Assembly (NCBI GenBank): GCA_022865215.1
Contig: JALIDP010000002.1
Coordinates: 1 to 54,783, forward strand
Length of the DNA stretch: 54,783 bases
Direction of reading: 5' to 3'
From: Candidatus Nanohalarchaeota archaeon QJJ-7
GTDB taxonomy: Archaea > Nanohalarchaeota > Nanosalinia > Nanosalinales > Nanohalalkaliarchaeaceae
The notes beneath the pieces were generated by a model, which saw only the letters and a program-made list of their open reading frames with translations, searched no databases and was not told the DNA's origin. Of this stretch, positions 9,333 through 18,434 are shown in pieces. Both the position numbers and the translations under genes were made by a program. How positions within the stretch are numbered: the first letter of the stretch is position 1; every line of letters starts with the position of its first letter.

Positions 9333-10916
9333 ATGGGGCTCTTCACAAAGGAGATAGAGGACCTGAAAAGATTCGAAGAGATAGTGAAGATCCTTTCAGA
9401 GGAAGGTTTCGGGCTTGTCATCAACCGGCTTAATCTCGGCGATAAACTACCTCTCCATAAGAAAGCAAGATCTAAGAAGGACGATATCCCGCCGCCGGAG
9501 CGCGTCCGCAGGACCTTCGAGAAGCTCGGTCCTACCTTCATCAAGTTCGGACAGATACTGGCCCAGAGACCTGATATAGTACCAGAAGAGTACGTTGAGG
9601 AGCTGGAGAAGCTTGAAGACTCGGTTCCCGCATTCGAATCTGAAAAGGCCAGAGAGATCGTTGAGGAAGAGCTAGGACCAATAGACGAGGTTTTCGAATC
9701 CTTCGAGGACGAACCCCTGGCAGCAGCTTCCATCGCACAGGTGCACCGTGCCACGCTCCATAACGGGGACGATGTCGTGGTCAAGATAAGGAGGCCAGGG
9801 ATAAAGGAACAGATCCGGAAGGACCTCGAGATCCTGGAATTCATGGCAAAAGAGGGCGAAAAACATGTATCGAAGCTGGATACTATTGACGCATATAAAT
9901 CCGTCAAGGAGTTCTCAGAATGGACCAAGGACGAGTTGAACCTGAAGAAAGAGGGGAGGAACGCGACTATACTGAAGAACAACCTCTCAGAAGAGGAACG
10001 GGTTAAGATCCCTGACATCTACACCGACCTTACCACGGAAAAAATTCTAGTGATGGAGTACGTTGACGGGGTCAAATGCGACGATAAGGAAGCCCTGGAA
10101 GAACTCGAAATCGAATCCGAAGAGGTTGCAAGGACGGCGGTACGTGCCGGTCTCAAGCAAACTGTCAGGGACGGATTCTTCCACGCCGACCCTCATCCAT
10201 CCAACTTCTTCATCTCCGAGGAAGGCAAGATAATCTACCTCGATTTCGGTATGATAGGGAAACTCAGCATGACGACACGTAGGAACCTCGGTCTCCTGCT
10301 CCTCCACGCTTCTAACGAGGAGGTAGAGGCCGCCATGGACGTAGTCAAAAGGATGGCGAAAGTGGAAGAAGATGCAGATCTCCAGGGCCTGAAGAACGAC
10401 ATAGAAGAGAGTATCTTGATGATACGGAACTCTACTCTGGAGGAACAGAGTATAACCAAGGCGCTATTCGATATCACGAAGAAAGCCGCCGAGAGAGGTG
10501 TTCACATGCCCTCGTCTCTCGTGATACTCGGGAAAAGCATGCTCACGGTTGAGGGGATCGGTCTGACCATCTACCCCGAGTTCGAGATGACAGACGAGTT
10601 CGAGAAGATCACAGAAAGGCTTCTATGGGAGATGAACTCTCCGAAGAAACTTTTCAAGACATTCATGATAGACCTCGTACAGAACCGGGACCTCGTCGCC
10701 AGGATGCCCAGCCAGGTCAACAAGGCTCTAGATAGTTCCGGAAAAGGTGGAGAAACGACTGTGGAGGTGGAAACCGGTCCGGACCGTATGACCATCCTTG
10801 CAGCAGTACTGATCCTGACCTCATCGTTCTTCCTTTTACAGTCTCTCCCACAGGAACAGATGCTCCTGGTAGGCGCCCTGGAGATAATCCTCGCAGCCTA
10901 TATACTTCTAAGGTAA
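9333..10916 (+). CDS. ABC1/UbiB-family atypical protein kinase with C-terminal TM helices
   Basis: FEKLGPTFIKFGQILAQRPDIVPEEYVEELEKLEDSVPAF, AAASIAQVHRA, VVVKIRRPG, FFHADPHPSNF and IYLDFGM. Confidence 0.9.
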   Translation: MGLFTKEIEDLKRFEEIVKILSEEGFGLVINRLNLGDKLPLHKKARSKKDDIPPPERVRRTFEKLGPTFIKFGQILAQRPDIVPEEYVEELEKLEDSVPAFESEKAREIVEEELGPIDEVFESFEDEPLAAASIAQVHRATLHNGDDVVVKIRRPGIKEQIRKDLEILEFMAKEGEKHVSKLDTIDAYKSVKEFSEWTKDELNLKKEGRNATILKNNLSEEERVKIPDIYTDLTTEKILVMEYVDGVKCDDKEALEELEIESEEVARTAVRAGLKQTVRDGFFHADPHPSNFFISEEGKIIYLDFGMIGKLSMTTRRNLGLLLLHASNEEVEAAMDVVKRMAKVEEDADLQGLKNDIEESILMIRNSTLEEQSITKALFDITKKAAERGVHMPSSLVILGKSMLTVEGIGLTIYPEFEMTDEFEKITERLLWEMNSPKKLFKTFMIDLVQNRDLVARMPSQVNKALDSSGKGGETTVEVETGPDRMTILAAVLILTSSFFLLQSLPQEQMLLVGALEIILAAYILLR

Positions 10917-10949
10917 ACGTTTATCAACGAGTTCACACAACCCTTGAAT

Positions 10950-11681
10950 ATGGATCTAGAAGAGCAATCTGTCATCGTGACCGGCGGTTCATCAGGTATA
11001 GGTAAGGCGATGGCCGAAAGGTTCATCGAAGAAGGAGCTGATGTCGTCATAGGAGATATAGATGTGGAAAGCGGTCAGGAGGTGGCGGAAGAGATCGGTG
11101 CCGAGTTCGTCGAGTGCGATGTCTCGGATTACGAACAGGTCGAGAACCTGGTTGAGAAGGCTGTAGAAGAGAACGGGAAGCTGGACTGCATGGTTAATAA
11201 CGCCGGTATCGGTTCTGTCAAGAATATCGAGGAGATGGAGATCGAGGACTATCACAGTACGATCTCGGTCGATCTGGACGGGGTCATGTACGGGTGCAAG
11301 GCAGCGACCCCGCACCTCAAGGAGACCGAAGGCTGCATCATAAATATCGCCTCTATCTACGGTCTCGTAGGGGACATCGGCTCGACCGCCTATAATGCTG
11401 CGAAAGGAGGCGTTGTGAACCTGACACGTTCCGTGGCCGATGACCTAGCCCAGTACAATATACGGGTTAACTCTATCTGTCCCGGTTTCGTCGACACACC
11501 AATGACAGATGAAGCCCTGAAAGACGGAGACTTCAAGGATCACGTCCTCAATAACACGCCTCTAGGACGCGTGGCGCAGCCTGAGGAGATAGCAGGAGTC
11601 GCTGTTTTCCTGGCTTCAGAAGAGGCCTCGTATATAACCGGAGTCAACCTCCCTGTAGATGGCGGCTGGACATCGCACTAA
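10950..11681 (+). CDS. Short-chain dehydrogenase/reductase (SDR)
   Basis: TGGSSGIGKA (Rossmann), NNAG, and the catalytic Y-x3-K (YNAAKGG). I prefer the ATG at 10950 over the TTG at 10944. Confidence 0.9.
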   Translation: MDLEEQSVIVTGGSSGIGKAMAERFIEEGADVVIGDIDVESGQEVAEEIGAEFVECDVSDYEQVENLVEKAVEENGKLDCMVNNAGIGSVKNIEEMEIEDYHSTISVDLDGVMYGCKAATPHLKETEGCIINIASIYGLVGDIGSTAYNAAKGGVVNLTRSVADDLAQYNIRVNSICPGFVDTPMTDEALKDGDFKDHVLNNTPLGRVAQPEEIAGVAVFLASEEASYITGVNLPVDGGWTSH

Positions 11682-11723
11682 GATTCTTCAATCTCAGTTC
11701 CTCATACCTTTGCAGGTGGTAAT

Positions 11724-12143
11724 ATGGATAGAAAAGATCCTTTCGAACAGATGAGGAGGACTATGGAACAGGTGTTCAGGAGCCTACAGGATCTGGAAAC
11801 CGAACTCCCGGAGACCAGAACATCCGTGGTGCCGGTCGACATCAAGGAATCAGACGGACAGATCACAGTCACTGCGGACCTCCCAGGCCTCGAAAGTGAC
11901 CGGATACAGGTCGAGGCATCTGAGGACTCGGTGGAGATCCACGCCGAACATGAAGAAGAGATGGAAGAGGAACAGAAGGACTTCTACAGGCGGGAGAGGA
12001 ACTCAAGGACCTTCCACAGGGCTGTCTCGCTCCCGGCACCGGTGGATCCGGAAACTGCAGAGGCAGAGTACGAGAACGGAGTTCTTACAGTAGACCTGGA
12101 GAAAAGTGAAAAGTCTGGTAAGAAGAGGGTCGAGGTGGAGTGA
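11724..12143 (+). CDS. Small heat-shock protein (Hsp20/alpha-crystallin)
   Basis: PVDIKESDGQITVTADLPGL...FHRAVSLPAPVD...AEYENGVLTVDL. Confidence 0.9.
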   Translation: MDRKDPFEQMRRTMEQVFRSLQDLETELPETRTSVVPVDIKESDGQITVTADLPGLESDRIQVEASEDSVEIHAEHEEEMEEEQKDFYRRERNSRTFHRAVSLPAPVDPETAEAEYENGVLTVDLEKSEKSGKKRVEVE

Positions 12144-12144
12144 G

Positions 12145-13152
12145 TCACTCCCCCACCAGTCTCTCTCCTTCCCTTCTTATCTCTCGTTCCACGAACTTCT
12201 CCGTGATATCGATGTTGCTCTCCACGTGATCCGTGATATCCAAAACCTCTATCTCTCCTCCTGCAAGGCCTAGGAACGGGATGGCCATGTCAGACATCGG
12301 GCGGTCCAGCGGCGCATCGCTCTCCAGAGATTCGAGAATCTCCTCGGCAGCTTCTCTACCGACTTTCTCCGCCCTCTTTCCTTTCTCCCCGATCGAATCT
12401 CCACCCATAAGCGTCTCGCCATCATCCGACCACAGAACTATGGAGGAACCTGGAGATTTGGATTCCACGTACCTAGTCTCTATATCCAGTTCGAGCGAAG
12501 GGTCGTGATCCGATAGAACTCTCCTGGCCTCCTTCCTCTGCCGTTCTGCGACCTCAGAGTCCTGGAGGTGTTGCGACGCGACAGAGATACCTCTCACAGT
12601 CTCCGTTTTCCCCGACTCCTGAATCTCCAGGGGCCTTAGATCCGAACCCGAGAACTCTGCTCCTACAAGTGCACCGCCTTCCGGGTAGAAGCCGTGCCTC
12701 ATGATCCGGGTCGAAGCATTGATTCCGAACCTATCCATCAAGGGGAACGCGACCTTCTCCAGGTAATGTACAGGGGGAGCCCACTTTCCAGCTGTCGCAC
12801 CGCCGTCCACTTTAACGGTAAAAACATCTTCGGAAGCTGTTGAAGCTATCCAGAGAGGCTGTAAAAGGAGTCCTATAGAACCCGCTGTCGGTATTTTCAC
12901 CCTCACCTCTCCTGACAACTCCCCGCCGGGAGAGAAGTAGAGTTCTCCTGAACCGAGCTCATCGCCCTCCACTTCTGCACCCGAAAGGTCTGATGAAGCT
13001 CTTACAGCAGCAAGGTGCTGGTGTTTAAGTCCGGTATCCGGCCTTTCTGAACGGACGTTCTCGAGCCTGAATGGATTACCTGTGGCGATAGAAAGGCCAA
13101 GAGAAAGTCTGACTATCGAACCTCCCCCGATAGAACCGTCGATCTCCAGCAT
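12145..13152 (-). CDS. rtcA: RNA 3'-terminal phosphate cyclase
   Basis: MLEIDGSIGGGSIVRLSLGLSIATGNPFRLENVR...GLKHQHL plus the overall RtcA pattern. 335 aa. Confidence 0.9.
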   Translation of the reverse strand: MLEIDGSIGGGSIVRLSLGLSIATGNPFRLENVRSERPDTGLKHQHLAAVRASSDLSGAEVEGDELGSGELYFSPGGELSGEVRVKIPTAGSIGLLLQPLWIASTASEDVFTVKVDGGATAGKWAPPVHYLEKVAFPLMDRFGINASTRIMRHGFYPEGGALVGAEFSGSDLRPLEIQESGKTETVRGISVASQHLQDSEVAERQRKEARRVLSDHDPSLELDIETRYVESKSPGSSIVLWSDDGETLMGGDSIGEKGKRAEKVGREAAEEILESLESDAPLDRPMSDMAIPFLGLAGGEIEVLDITDHVESNIDITEKFVEREIRREGERLVGE

Positions 13153-13923
13153 CTACTCCACCTGACGGAACTCCGGCTGTCCGACCACTTCCAGGATCCT
13201 CTCCGGGTCAGATAGCTCGGAAGGTTCCATCGGTGTCACGATCTTGGACACCAGACCGTGGAGCGAGCCCGGAAGCCTCATCAGATCTTTCTCTCCCGCG
13301 GTTATCGCGGGGTCTATAGGGAACTCTTTCGCGACCTTCCCTGCAAGCTCTCTGCGGTCCTCCCTGTCCATCCTGAATGCTTCCATGTCCTCCACGTGGA
13401 TGTGGAACCCTCTCCCCGAGTATACCAGCTGAAGATCGGAGAAGTGGTTCTTGAGGAATGAGAACAGCTGCCGGGTCTCTTCCGCTACCTCCCCGAAACA
13501 TTCATCACAGAAAACATACTCTTCGGCTGTCCCTTCCAGATATTTCTTCTTCCTCTCGCAGTTCTTGCATTCGACGTTCTCCGGGTCGAGATCGAAAACC
13601 AGCTCCTTTTCCGGGTTCGTCTCTATCCTGTCCTCCTTCTCTATCGTGGTGGCGTAGTACAGGTCCTCGGGAGCGTAGTCCACGATCTTCGATTTCAGGT
13701 CGTCCAGGTCCTCGAACTCGTTTATACGGACCAGCTTCCCCTTGTATTGCTTGAAACGGGGCCTGTAACGGGTGCTGTCGCTACCGACATCCACTACTGG
13801 GACGAACCGGTCCCAGCGGTCCAATTTATCCTCTATAAACTCTCGAGGGAAGGATTTACGGTAAAATTCTTCTCTTTCTTCTACAGACGAGGGCCGTAGG
13901 TCAGCAGGGAAATCGAACTTCAT
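13153..13923 (-). CDS. priS: DNA primase catalytic small subunit (PriS, AEP family), compact 256-aa form
   Basis: AEP motif I ELVFDLDPE, zinc knuckle CKNCE...CDEC, motif II YSGRGFHIHV and motif III LMRLPGSLHG. It abuts the rtcA start with no gap. Confidence 0.85.
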   Translation of the reverse strand: MKFDFPADLRPSSVEEREEFYRKSFPREFIEDKLDRWDRFVPVVDVGSDSTRYRPRFKQYKGKLVRINEFEDLDDLKSKIVDYAPEDLYYATTIEKEDRIETNPEKELVFDLDPENVECKNCERKKKYLEGTAEEYVFCDECFGEVAEETRQLFSFLKNHFSDLQLVYSGRGFHIHVEDMEAFRMDREDRRELAGKVAKEFPIDPAITAGEKDLMRLPGSLHGLVSKIVTPMEPSELSDPERILEVVGQPEFRQVE

Positions 13924-13959
13924 TCCAAAGACGTTTTAATCGGTACTCCTAAATCCTTT

Positions 13960-15090
13960 ATGGTCATGGGTATCAGGGAATCGGTCCGGGATGCGGTTTT
14001 CTCCATCAGAGATATCAGCGAGAAGGCCGGTAGGATGGACGATACAGTAAGGCTCGACATCGGCCAGCCGGACTTCGAAACGCCTTCAGAGGTCAAAAAA
14101 GCCGCTTCTGAGGCTATCCGTGAGGATCACATAACTTACACTTCTCTCTGGGGGATCCCGGAGCTCAGGAAAGAAGCTGCGGATTACGAATCCTGGAAGA
14201 CGGAAATGGGGGAGAAGAACATCATGGTAACCACTGGAGGTATAGGAGCGCTCCACTGTATCCTGACAGGGTTCCTGGAACCGGGCGAGAATGTGGTCAT
14301 GAACGACCCAGCCTGGATGCCCTACTCCCTGATTTCCAGGGTCTCTCCTGGAACGTTCGGACAGGTCCCTTACTTCGATGAGGACGGAGAGGTCCGGGCC
14401 TCTGCTATAAGAGATTCTATCGGTGAAGACACAGAACTACTGCTGCTCAACTCGCCCGAGAACCCTACAGGGAGAGTCTACACCGAGGAGCAGGTCAAAA
14501 CCCTGGGAGAACTGGCTGAAGAAGAGGGCCTCTGGATAGTATCGGACGAGGTGTACGACCACCTGCTTTATGGGGATGCGGAACACGTTTCTGCCGCCGA
14601 ACACTTTCCTGACCGGACGCTGATCGTAAATTCCATGTCGAAGAACTTCGCTATGACCGGGTGGAGGATCGGATGGGTGGCATCGAGGGACGAGGAGATG
14701 ATACACGAGCTCGGGAAGGTGAACCGGGCATCGACCGCCTGCCCCAACTATATCGGTCAGAAGGCGGCTCTAACCGCTCTGAAAGAATCTCAGGATTACG
14801 TGAACGATATGAGAGAGGAGTTCGAGGATAGGCAGGAACTGGTGCTCCAGCACGTGGAAGATCTGGGATGGGATTCAGTGAACCCGGAAGGAGCCATCTA
14901 TGCATTCCCTGATGTGGAGCAGGATTCATGGGAGTTCGCTCATTCGCTCCTGGAAAACGAGGGAGTTGCAGTGGTCCCGGGTTCAGCGGCCGGTGGGTCG
15001 GGCGACACGAACGTCAGGATATGCTTCGGTTCCGCAACTCAGGAGGATATAGAGGAAGGTTTCCAAAGGATCAAACGTTTCGTCGGCTGA
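13960..15090 (+). CDS. Class I/II pyridoxal-phosphate aminotransferase (aspartate aminotransferase-like)
   Basis: NSPENPTG and SMSKNFAMTGWRIGW (PLP lysine). 376 aa. Confidence 0.9.
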   Translation: MVMGIRESVRDAVFSIRDISEKAGRMDDTVRLDIGQPDFETPSEVKKAASEAIREDHITYTSLWGIPELRKEAADYESWKTEMGEKNIMVTTGGIGALHCILTGFLEPGENVVMNDPAWMPYSLISRVSPGTFGQVPYFDEDGEVRASAIRDSIGEDTELLLLNSPENPTGRVYTEEQVKTLGELAEEEGLWIVSDEVYDHLLYGDAEHVSAAEHFPDRTLIVNSMSKNFAMTGWRIGWVASRDEEMIHELGKVNRASTACPNYIGQKAALTALKESQDYVNDMREEFEDRQELVLQHVEDLGWDSVNPEGAIYAFPDVEQDSWEFAHSLLENEGVAVVPGSAAGGSGDTNVRICFGSATQEDIEEGFQRIKRFVG

Positions 15091-15140
15091 TAAAAGGAAT
15101 AAAAGGTTTCACGGCTATTCTGCGGGTGGAGACGTCTCTA

Positions 15141-16163
15141 ATGGACTTGAAAGAACGTAAGGAACTGACTCTCAGGAACAGTGCAGAGATTGTCGAAGAG
15201 GGGGAACTGGATGAGATACTGAGAGAGAAGGACGAGCCGCGTTGCTACGTTGGATACGAGACCTCGGGGCCTGTACATCTCGGCCACTGGATCTCCGTAA
15301 GAAAGCTCCTGGACCTGCAGAAAGCTGGTTTCCAGCCAGTAGTCCTCTGGGCTGATCTCCATACTTTCCTGAACCGGAAAGGGGAAGAGGACTGGATAGA
15401 GTCGATGATCCAGTACTGGCAGGCCACGTTCGAAGCTCTCGGGCTCGAGGCAGAATACGTCCACGGAAGAGACTTCGAGGAGGAGACCCTTTACTTCCAC
15501 GACATCCTCCGTATGGCGAAGGAGATCACAATAAACAGGGGAACTAGAGCTATGAGCGAGGTCGCCCGGGACGAGGAGAATCCGTACATCTCCCAGATAA
15601 TATATCCGTTGATGCAGGCCCTGGACATCGAACACCTTGACCTGGATCTTGCGGTCGCAGGTATAGATCAGCGGAAGATCCACATGCTGGCCCGTGATAA
15701 GCTTCCGAAGCTCGGATACGATAAACCCACCTGTCTCCACTGGCCGATGCTCGCATCTCTCAGTGGAAGCGGTGAGAAGATGAGTTCCTCCAAGAAGAAG
15801 ACCATGTTCCCGCTCCACGCCGATCCTTCCCACATCCGGGAAGTCGTACAGGAGGCCTACTGTCCTTCAGGCCAAGTGGAAGATAACCCTGTGCTCCAGA
15901 TAGCGAAGTTCTTCGTTTTCGGGGGAGACCGGGATCTGGAAGTCCAGAGAGACGAAGAGTACGGTGGAGACCTTCTCTACAGTGAATACGGAGAACTGGA
16001 AGAAGACTTTTCTTCCCAGGAACTCCATCCTCAGGACCTTAAGGATGCGGTGGCAGAGGAGATAGTGGACCGTCTCTCAGGAGTAAGAGAGAGGTTCAAG
16101 GAGGAGCCAGAACTTCTTCAACCTCTGGAAGAGATCGGCCACGAGAAACCGGACTACATCTGA
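15141..16163 (+). CDS. tyrS: Tyrosine--tRNA ligase (archaeal type)
   Basis: From the ATG at 15141, the sequence MDLKERKELTLRNSAEIVEEGELDEIL...YVGYETSGPVHLGHW...KMSSSKK...ELHPQDLKDAVAEEI is collinear with M. jannaschii TyrRS as I recall it. The track ORF extension back to 14928 overlaps the aminotransferase and is rejected. Confidence 0.9.
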   Translation: MDLKERKELTLRNSAEIVEEGELDEILREKDEPRCYVGYETSGPVHLGHWISVRKLLDLQKAGFQPVVLWADLHTFLNRKGEEDWIESMIQYWQATFEALGLEAEYVHGRDFEEETLYFHDILRMAKEITINRGTRAMSEVARDEENPYISQIIYPLMQALDIEHLDLDLAVAGIDQRKIHMLARDKLPKLGYDKPTCLHWPMLASLSGSGEKMSSSKKKTMFPLHADPSHIREVVQEAYCPSGQVEDNPVLQIAKFFVFGGDRDLEVQRDEEYGGDLLYSEYGELEEDFSSQELHPQDLKDAVAEEIVDRLSGVRERFKEEPELLQPLEEIGHEKPDYI

Positions 16164-16774
16164 GCTATCTCCTGCCCCTCTACGAATACCAGCCCGTTCT
16201 CATTCGCGTAATTCTCCGCCTCTCTTTTTTGAAGGGCTCTACCTGTATCATCATCAATCATCTCGGATACGACCGCAGCAGGTTTCAGACCAGCCTCCTT
16301 CATCAGATTCACCGCAAGTTCCGTATGCCCACATCTCTGGTCCAGTAGTTCCTCCGCAGCCAGAAGTATCGGTACGTGACCTGGCGACCGGAACTCTTCA
16401 CGGAACGAAAGCGACGGGGTTTCCAGAGCTTCAGCCAGTTCCCTGATAGTGGTTGCGCGGTCCCTGTCAGTTACTCCTGTACGTGTAGATCGGTGGTTGA
16501 CCGGGAGGGAGAAGGAGGAACGGTCATCGTATTCTGGAGAACCGCCGAAATCCAGTTTCTCCTCCAGGAGGGGGATTTCGAACCTTTCTCCCGCTTCCCA
16601 GGGCATCGCGACACATATAAGGCCGCCGGCCTCGTTCCTCAGGAACCTGACGTCTCTCCATCCTATATTTCCTGCAGGTATGATAACATCTGTCTCCTCT
16701 TCTCTACCGTCCGAATCGTATACCAGGACGGGTCCGCCTTCCTGGAGCGATCTCAGCGCCTCTTCTACGCCCAT
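16154..16774 (-). CDS. ribB: 3,4-dihydroxy-2-butanone 4-phosphate synthase
   Basis: GGPVLVYDSDGREEETDVIIPA...GLICVAM...GHTELAV. Confidence 0.9.
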   Translation of the reverse strand: MGVEEALRSLQEGGPVLVYDSDGREEETDVIIPAGNIGWRDVRFLRNEAGGLICVAMPWEAGERFEIPLLEEKLDFGGSPEYDDRSSFSLPVNHRSTRTGVTDRDRATTIRELAEALETPSLSFREEFRSPGHVPILLAAEELLDQRCGHTELAVNLMKEAGLKPAAVVSEMIDDDTGRALQKREAENYANENGLVFVEGQEIAQM

Positions 16775-16797
16775 GTTCCTCCCAAAGAAGGCCTCAC

Positions 16798-16808
16798 GTA
16801 TTTAAATC
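16798..16808 (-). promoter_or_regulatory. TATA box for ribB (leaderless spacing)
   Basis: GTATTTAAATC is centred about 27 nt upstream of the minus-strand ATG at 16774. Confidence 0.5.
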
Positions 16809-16920
16809 TGGTTAACCAAACGATTGCTGTTCCAATGAAGGGTGGACGTTTTTCCGCTCGGAACCGTTAACTACCTTCTTCCGTCCAGCTGTTGCTTTAG
16901 AACTCTCAAGGTGAATCGAA

Positions 16921-18195
16921 ATGCTTGACATCCAGATGTTCCGCAAAGAACCAGATAAAATCAAAGAATCGGAGAAACGCCGTGATAAAGATCCTGGAAG
17001 GATCGACAGGGTCAGGGAGCTCGACCAGGAGTGGCGCTCCACCCGTCAAGAGCTGGACGATTTACGGCAGAGAAAGAACGAGCTCACCGATCAGATCCAG
17101 GATCTGAAGAAAGATGGTGAAGATGCTTCTGGGGAGATAGAAGAAGCGGACCAGATGGATGAGAAGATAGAAGAACTTGAAGAGAAGGAGAAAGAACTCC
17201 TGGAAGAACGGGACGAGGTCCGCTTCAAGGTCGGTAACATCATGCACGACTCCGTTCCGAAAGGTGATGACGAGAACGAGAATGTCCCTATAAAGCACTG
17301 GGAGCCTGAGGACGGGAAGAAGGAGGACGGAGAGCTAGGTGCAGACGTGATGGAGGAACTCGACCTGATAGAGACAGAGAAGGCTGTCGAAGTTGCTGGA
17401 GACAGGGCCTACTACCTGAAAGGTGACCTGCTCGACCTGAACCTGGCTCTCATCCGGTACGGAATCGACAAGATGAGGGGCAAAGGGTACACTCCGATGC
17501 AGACACCTTACATACTGAACCGGGAACCGATGGAAGCGGCCGCGGAACTGGAAGACTTCCACGACCAGCTATACAAGCTGGACAGGCACGACCGGTACCT
17601 GATAGCGACCTCGGAGCAGACCCTCGCCGCCCTTAAGTACGATGAGATTATCGAGGAAGACGAGCTACCGATAAAGCTCTCAGGTTTCTCCACAAATTTC
17701 CGCAGGGAGGCGGGAAAGCACGGCAAACAGACGAGAGGGATCTGGAGAGTCCACCAGTTCGATAAGGTGGAGCAGTTCATCTTCTCCGACCCAGAGAACT
17801 CGTGGGAACTCCACGAGGAACTTTTACAGAACTCGGAAGAGGTAATGCAGGACCTTGAGCTTCCCTACCGCGTGGTGAACGTGTGCACCGGCGATCTCGG
17901 AGACACCGCATCAAAGAAGTACGATGTCGAGGTCTGGAGGCCTCCTCTCGGGGATTACGGGGAAGTAGTATCTTGCTCCAACTGTACGGCATACCAGGCA
18001 GAGAAGCTAGATGCGAGGGTCAGGAGACCTGGAGAGGATAACGAGACCGTTCACACGCTGAACGCGACCGCACTCTCAACTTCCCGGTTAATGACCGCTA
18101 TCATGGAGAACAACCAGACAGAGGATGGAACGGTGAAAATCCCGGAAGTCCTGCAGGAATACATGGGCGGTAAGGAGTATCTCGGCGATTCCTGA
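16921..18195 (+). CDS. serS: Serine--tRNA ligase
   Basis: MLDIQMFRKEPDKIKES..., an N-terminal coiled coil, and class II motifs (FRREAG, TLNATALSTSR). Confidence 0.95.
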   Translation: MLDIQMFRKEPDKIKESEKRRDKDPGRIDRVRELDQEWRSTRQELDDLRQRKNELTDQIQDLKKDGEDASGEIEEADQMDEKIEELEEKEKELLEERDEVRFKVGNIMHDSVPKGDDENENVPIKHWEPEDGKKEDGELGADVMEELDLIETEKAVEVAGDRAYYLKGDLLDLNLALIRYGIDKMRGKGYTPMQTPYILNREPMEAAAELEDFHDQLYKLDRHDRYLIATSEQTLAALKYDEIIEEDELPIKLSGFSTNFRREAGKHGKQTRGIWRVHQFDKVEQFIFSDPENSWELHEELLQNSEEVMQDLELPYRVVNVCTGDLGDTASKKYDVEVWRPPLGDYGEVVSCSNCTAYQAEKLDARVRRPGEDNETVHTLNATALSTSRLMTAIMENNQTEDGTVKIPEVLQEYMGGKEYLGDS

Positions 18196-18238
18196 TATCT
18201 CAGAGAGTTTTATAAGCCGGGAAACGGAAATCCGGGAT

Positions 18239-18376
18239 ATGGAAAAGAACCCCAGTTACCTCGGATTCCTGGGATTCGCAGGATTCCTCGGTTTCCTTGA
18301 ACCTCGGCTATACTACCTTTTCTTCCTGTTTTTCCTGTTCTTCCTGGACTTCGTTCCGGGAGTAGGAGAGGAATAG
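18239..18376 (+). CDS. Possible 45-aa hydrophobic micro-protein (MEKNPSYLGFLGFAGFLGFLEPRLYYLFFLFFLFFLDFVPGVGEE)
   Basis: An ATG-to-TAG ORF below the track cut-off, located in the serS-topA spacer. It has a repeated GFLGF motif and an F/L-rich segment. There is no other support. Confidence 0.25.
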   Translation: MEKNPSYLGFLGFAGFLGFLEPRLYYLFFLFFLFFLDFVPGVGEE

Positions 18377-18400
18377 AGAAGAGGTCTTCCAGTTCTCCGT

Positions 18401-18410
18401 TTATTTAAAT
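18401..18410 (+). promoter_or_regulatory. TATA box for topA (leaderless spacing)
   Basis: TTATTTAAAT is centred about 30 nt upstream of the ATG at 18435. Confidence 0.55.
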
Positions 18411-18434
18411 AGATGTACCTAAGAGGTTTGAATC

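Noticed and set aside
14928-15140. N-terminal 71-aa extension of the tyrS ORF in the track
   Set aside because: It overlaps the 3' end of the aminotransferase in another frame and is Arg/Gly-rich nonsense. The TyrRS homology starts at the ATG at 15141.
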